The notes under the pieces are model-generated. The model was not told the origin of the DNA and made no database searches. It saw nothing but the letters and a program-made list of their open reading frames with translations. A stretch of DNA of 64,000 bases. It comes from Polyangiales bacterium (GTDB lineage: Bacteria > Myxococcota_A > Polyangia > Polyangiales > Polyangiaceae). Position numbers and translations under genes: made by a program. The stretch lies in NCBI GenBank assembly GCA_038231275.1, contig JBBRLQ010000030.1, positions 34,872 through 98,871 on the forward strand. The letters are read 5' to 3'. Below, one piece after another: positions 60,816 through 64,000 of the stretch; positions within the stretch are counted from its first letter, which is position 1; every line of letters begins with the position of its first letter.

Positions 60816-61103
60816 TCACAGGATCTGGGTGAGCTTCTCGTTCACCTTGGACTCGATGGTGCCCTTGAGCATCTTGAGCATGAACGGCAGATCGATCGCG
60901 ACGCGGACGGTCTTGTCGGTGACGGCCACCTCGCCCTTGGTTCCTTTGGCGGCGCCGCTCGGCGCGTCGAAGCGGATGGTGTCCCCCTCCCAGCGCCAGA
61001 CGATGCTGAACTTCTCTTCCATGTTGCGGGCGAGCTCTTCGGCCTTCTTCTTCGCGTCGTCTATGGAGAGCGCGTGGGACTTGGTGATGTCGATCGTCGC
61101 CAT
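60816..61103 (-). CDS. Polyhydroxyalkanoic acid system (PHA_gran_rgn-like) protein
   Basis: MATIDITKSHALSIDDAK...WRWEGDTIRF...LPFML...IE pattern, 95 aa; GAGG upstream. Confidence 0.85.
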   Translation of the reverse strand: MATIDITKSHALSIDDAKKKAEELARNMEEKFSIVWRWEGDTIRFDAPSGAAKGTKGEVAVTDKTVRVAIDLPFMLKMLKGTIESKVNEKLTQIL

Positions 61104-61127
61104 GGATTTCCTCTTCGAGTGCGAAGG

Positions 61128-61703
61128 TCAGTCGATTCGTTTCACGATCCAGAAGCCGCGGGGGGTCTCGATGACGTCGCTGACGGTCCCTTGCGCGAGC
61201 GTGAACACCACCAGCTCGGTCGGGGCCTCGAGGACGCCGCGCGGCACGCGTCCGATGTCGTCGCTCGAGCCGTTGTCGCCGCGCTGAACCGCGCCGTGGA
61301 AGTCGGTCTTCGCGTCGGCGGCGAGCCGGGCCGCGATCTCGCGCGCCTCGGCCTTCGGTCGCGCGGTCGCCGGTGCCCCCTGCGCGCCCGCGTACGACAC
61401 GAGCACGATACCGAGGCGAACCTGCCGCGGCGCGTTTCCCGGGAGAGACGACGGCCCTGCATCGGTGGGATCGTCGAGCTCCTTCATGTCGCCGAGAAGG
61501 AGCCCGGCCTCTCCGCCGACCGGACTCGTAGCGCCCGCGTCCGACGGTGCCGCCGCGCCCTCGGTCGTCGATGCGCGCGCATCCGTGGCGGCGTCGATCG
61601 CGAGCGATAGCGGGGGCGGGCGCGCCGGCATGCTTTTCACCGCCAGCGTGACGACGAGGCCGATCACGGCCAGAGCCAGCACGCGCGTCAGCCACCGATC
61701 CAC
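61128..61703 (-). CDS. Membrane-anchored parvulin/rotamase-like protein lacking conserved His residues
   Basis: N-terminal TM segment; R.KAEAREIA, DIG, FTLAQGTVSDVIETPRGFWIVKR. Confidence 0.82.
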   Translation of the reverse strand: MDRWLTRVLALAVIGLVVTLAVKSMPARPPPLSLAIDAATDARASTTEGAAAPSDAGATSPVGGEAGLLLGDMKELDDPTDAGPSSLPGNAPRQVRLGIVLVSYAGAQGAPATARPKAEAREIAARLAADAKTDFHGAVQRGDNGSSDDIGRVPRGVLEAPTELVVFTLAQGTVSDVIETPRGFWIVKRID

Positions 61704-61774
61704 GCGACCGTGACTAGCACGGTCGGGCGCCCGTTTTCACGCGATCTGTGCGGGTGCGGTACGCGATGGGCTCT

Positions 61775-62401
61775 TCACTGGTGGCAGCTGGCAGTGCTGC
61801 ACGGATCGAAGATGCCGACGAGGTTGTGCTCTAGGTCGCACGTCGACCATCCCGGCGCGCCCTGGCACCAGTGCGTGATGCGTGCGGTGACCGGCGTGTT
61901 CAGGTTCGGCTGAATCACGTAGGGCGGAACCGGCACGAAGACGACGGCGTTGTTGACGTCGGCGATGCAATTTTTTGTCGCGACCGCCAGGTTGCAGTCA
62001 CCAACGTACTTGAGCACGTCAACGGCGAGATCTTCGCTGAGGAATTGCCGCCCGCGGGTCGTCTCGTTGTACAGGGTGATCACCGGAAGAGGAGGGAGCG
62101 CCGTGCAGTCTCCAGGCGCGAACTTTCCCACGGTTTGGAGGCACGTCATGACCTTCTGCTCGTAGGCGCATTCGATGGCCGATTTGCTGCCGGGCGCGTA
62201 CCCCGCGCATAGGCATCCGGGGGTCAGCAGCCAGGCATCGCTGATCGCCTTGGGAACGGCGCACATGGTCGACGCGAGATCGGCTTGGGCCACCTGGTCG
62301 ACGCGGAGACTTCCATTCGGGTCCTCCGCCGGGGCGCTGCACCCTGCATAGGCGACCACCGAAAACGCGATCGACGCTCCTACGAGTGCACGCTTGGACA
62401 T
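61775..62401 (-). CDS. Cys-rich lipoprotein with atypically low GC
   Basis: Lipobox YAGC, 12 further Cys; GAGGT before ATG 62401; visibly more A/T-ending codons than neighbours. Confidence 0.7.
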   Translation of the reverse strand: MSKRALVGASIAFSVVAYAGCSAPAEDPNGSLRVDQVAQADLASTMCAVPKAISDAWLLTPGCLCAGYAPGSKSAIECAYEQKVMTCLQTVGKFAPGDCTALPPLPVITLYNETTRGRQFLSEDLAVDVLKYVGDCNLAVATKNCIADVNNAVVFVPVPPYVIQPNLNTPVTARITHWCQGAPGWSTCDLEHNLVGIFDPCSTASCHQ

Positions 62402-62493
62402 CAGAACACCTCTGCCCATGTCATAACGTGGGCTCCGCCTCACCGACAAGCGCGCCGGTGCTTACAGGGCTGCGTAAACAGACGTCCCGATTT

Positions 62494-63030
62494 CTAGTTG
62501 GCGGCGGGCGCGTCCGTCGGCGTGTCCTCGTCGGCGGGCGGAGGCGGAGGGCCGTAGTCCTCGAACGGTCGCATCGTCGCCGGCGGCGGGTCGCCATAAA
62601 GCTCGAGCTGCGCGGCGAGCCAATTTTCGCGCGCGATGAGGACGTTCGCCTCGTGGTCGGTGCCCGCCGGCTTCAGGTCGCCCTTGGCGACGAGCTTGTC
62701 GAGCGCGGCCTGGACCTCCGCGAGCTCCTTGCGGACGAGCACCGGGTCGATCTGTTCGCGCTCGATGTACTCGTCGGTCAGGATGAGGAGCAGGTTCGCG
62801 CCCGCCTCCGCGAAGCCGGGTCCGACCGCGACGCGCTTCGGCTCGGCGCCGCCGTCGCGGTACGAGACGATGCCCGTACGCAGCGCGGCGAGCAGCGGCA
62901 GGTGGCCCGGCATCACGCCGAACTCGCCCTCGACGCTCGGCGCCGTCACTTCGTCGACAGAGGCCTTGAGCGCGCGCCCCTTCGGCGTCACGATCTCGAG
63001 CTCGATTTTGTTGTTGGGAAGGTCGGCCAT
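62494..63030 (-). CDS. atpC: ATP synthase F1 epsilon subunit with C-terminal extension
   Basis: LEIVTP, GEFGVMPGHLPL, AVGPGFAE; directly downstream of atpD. Confidence 0.95.
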   Translation of the reverse strand: MADLPNNKIELEIVTPKGRALKASVDEVTAPSVEGEFGVMPGHLPLLAALRTGIVSYRDGGAEPKRVAVGPGFAEAGANLLLILTDEYIEREQIDPVLVRKELAEVQAALDKLVAKGDLKPAGTDHEANVLIARENWLAAQLELYGDPPPATMRPFEDYGPPPPPADEDTPTDAPAAN

Positions 63031-63037
63031 CTCCCGC

Positions 63038-64000
<963 letters not shown>

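Noticed and set aside
61705..61725. CGACCGTG-ACTAG-CACGGTCG hairpin as a terminator
   Set aside because: No U-tract on the coding (minus) strand, and it overlaps the candidate -10 of the parvulin gene, so its role cannot be assigned

Overview
A very GC-rich, gene-dense stretch of bacterial chromosome. The gene content (MYXO-CTERM-like tails, Cys-rich lipoproteins, a Che7-type chemosensory cluster, giant TPR proteins) points to a myxobacterium, probably Polyangia/Sorangiineae; this is inferred, not searched. About 44 credible CDSs. Housekeeping genes: rlpA, miaB, fadD, ribA, trpBA, rimK, aspartokinase, typA, atpC and partial atpD. Also present: an alpha-2-macroglobulin/pbpC pair; a complete cheY-cheA-cheW-mcp-HEAT-cheR-cheB operon followed by a sensorless REC-kinase-REC gene; a MerR-HTH/TPR gene coupled to tandem ICMT-like membrane methyltransferases; and two coupled giant TPR proteins that share a degenerate M48-like C-terminal domain. 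I found no rRNA, tRNA, CRISPR array or transposase/integrase. Best candidates for undescribed biology: the giant TPR pair with a Thr-motif array, the Che7-like system with a ~840-aa sensorless receptor, a Tat-like exported ferritin-fold lipoprotein, and the MerR-TPR/ICMT locus. Several enzymes have lost catalytic motifs, many genes look leaderless, and one TPR gene is frameshifted in a (GC)5 tract. All assignments come from motif recognition by eye; no database search was run.
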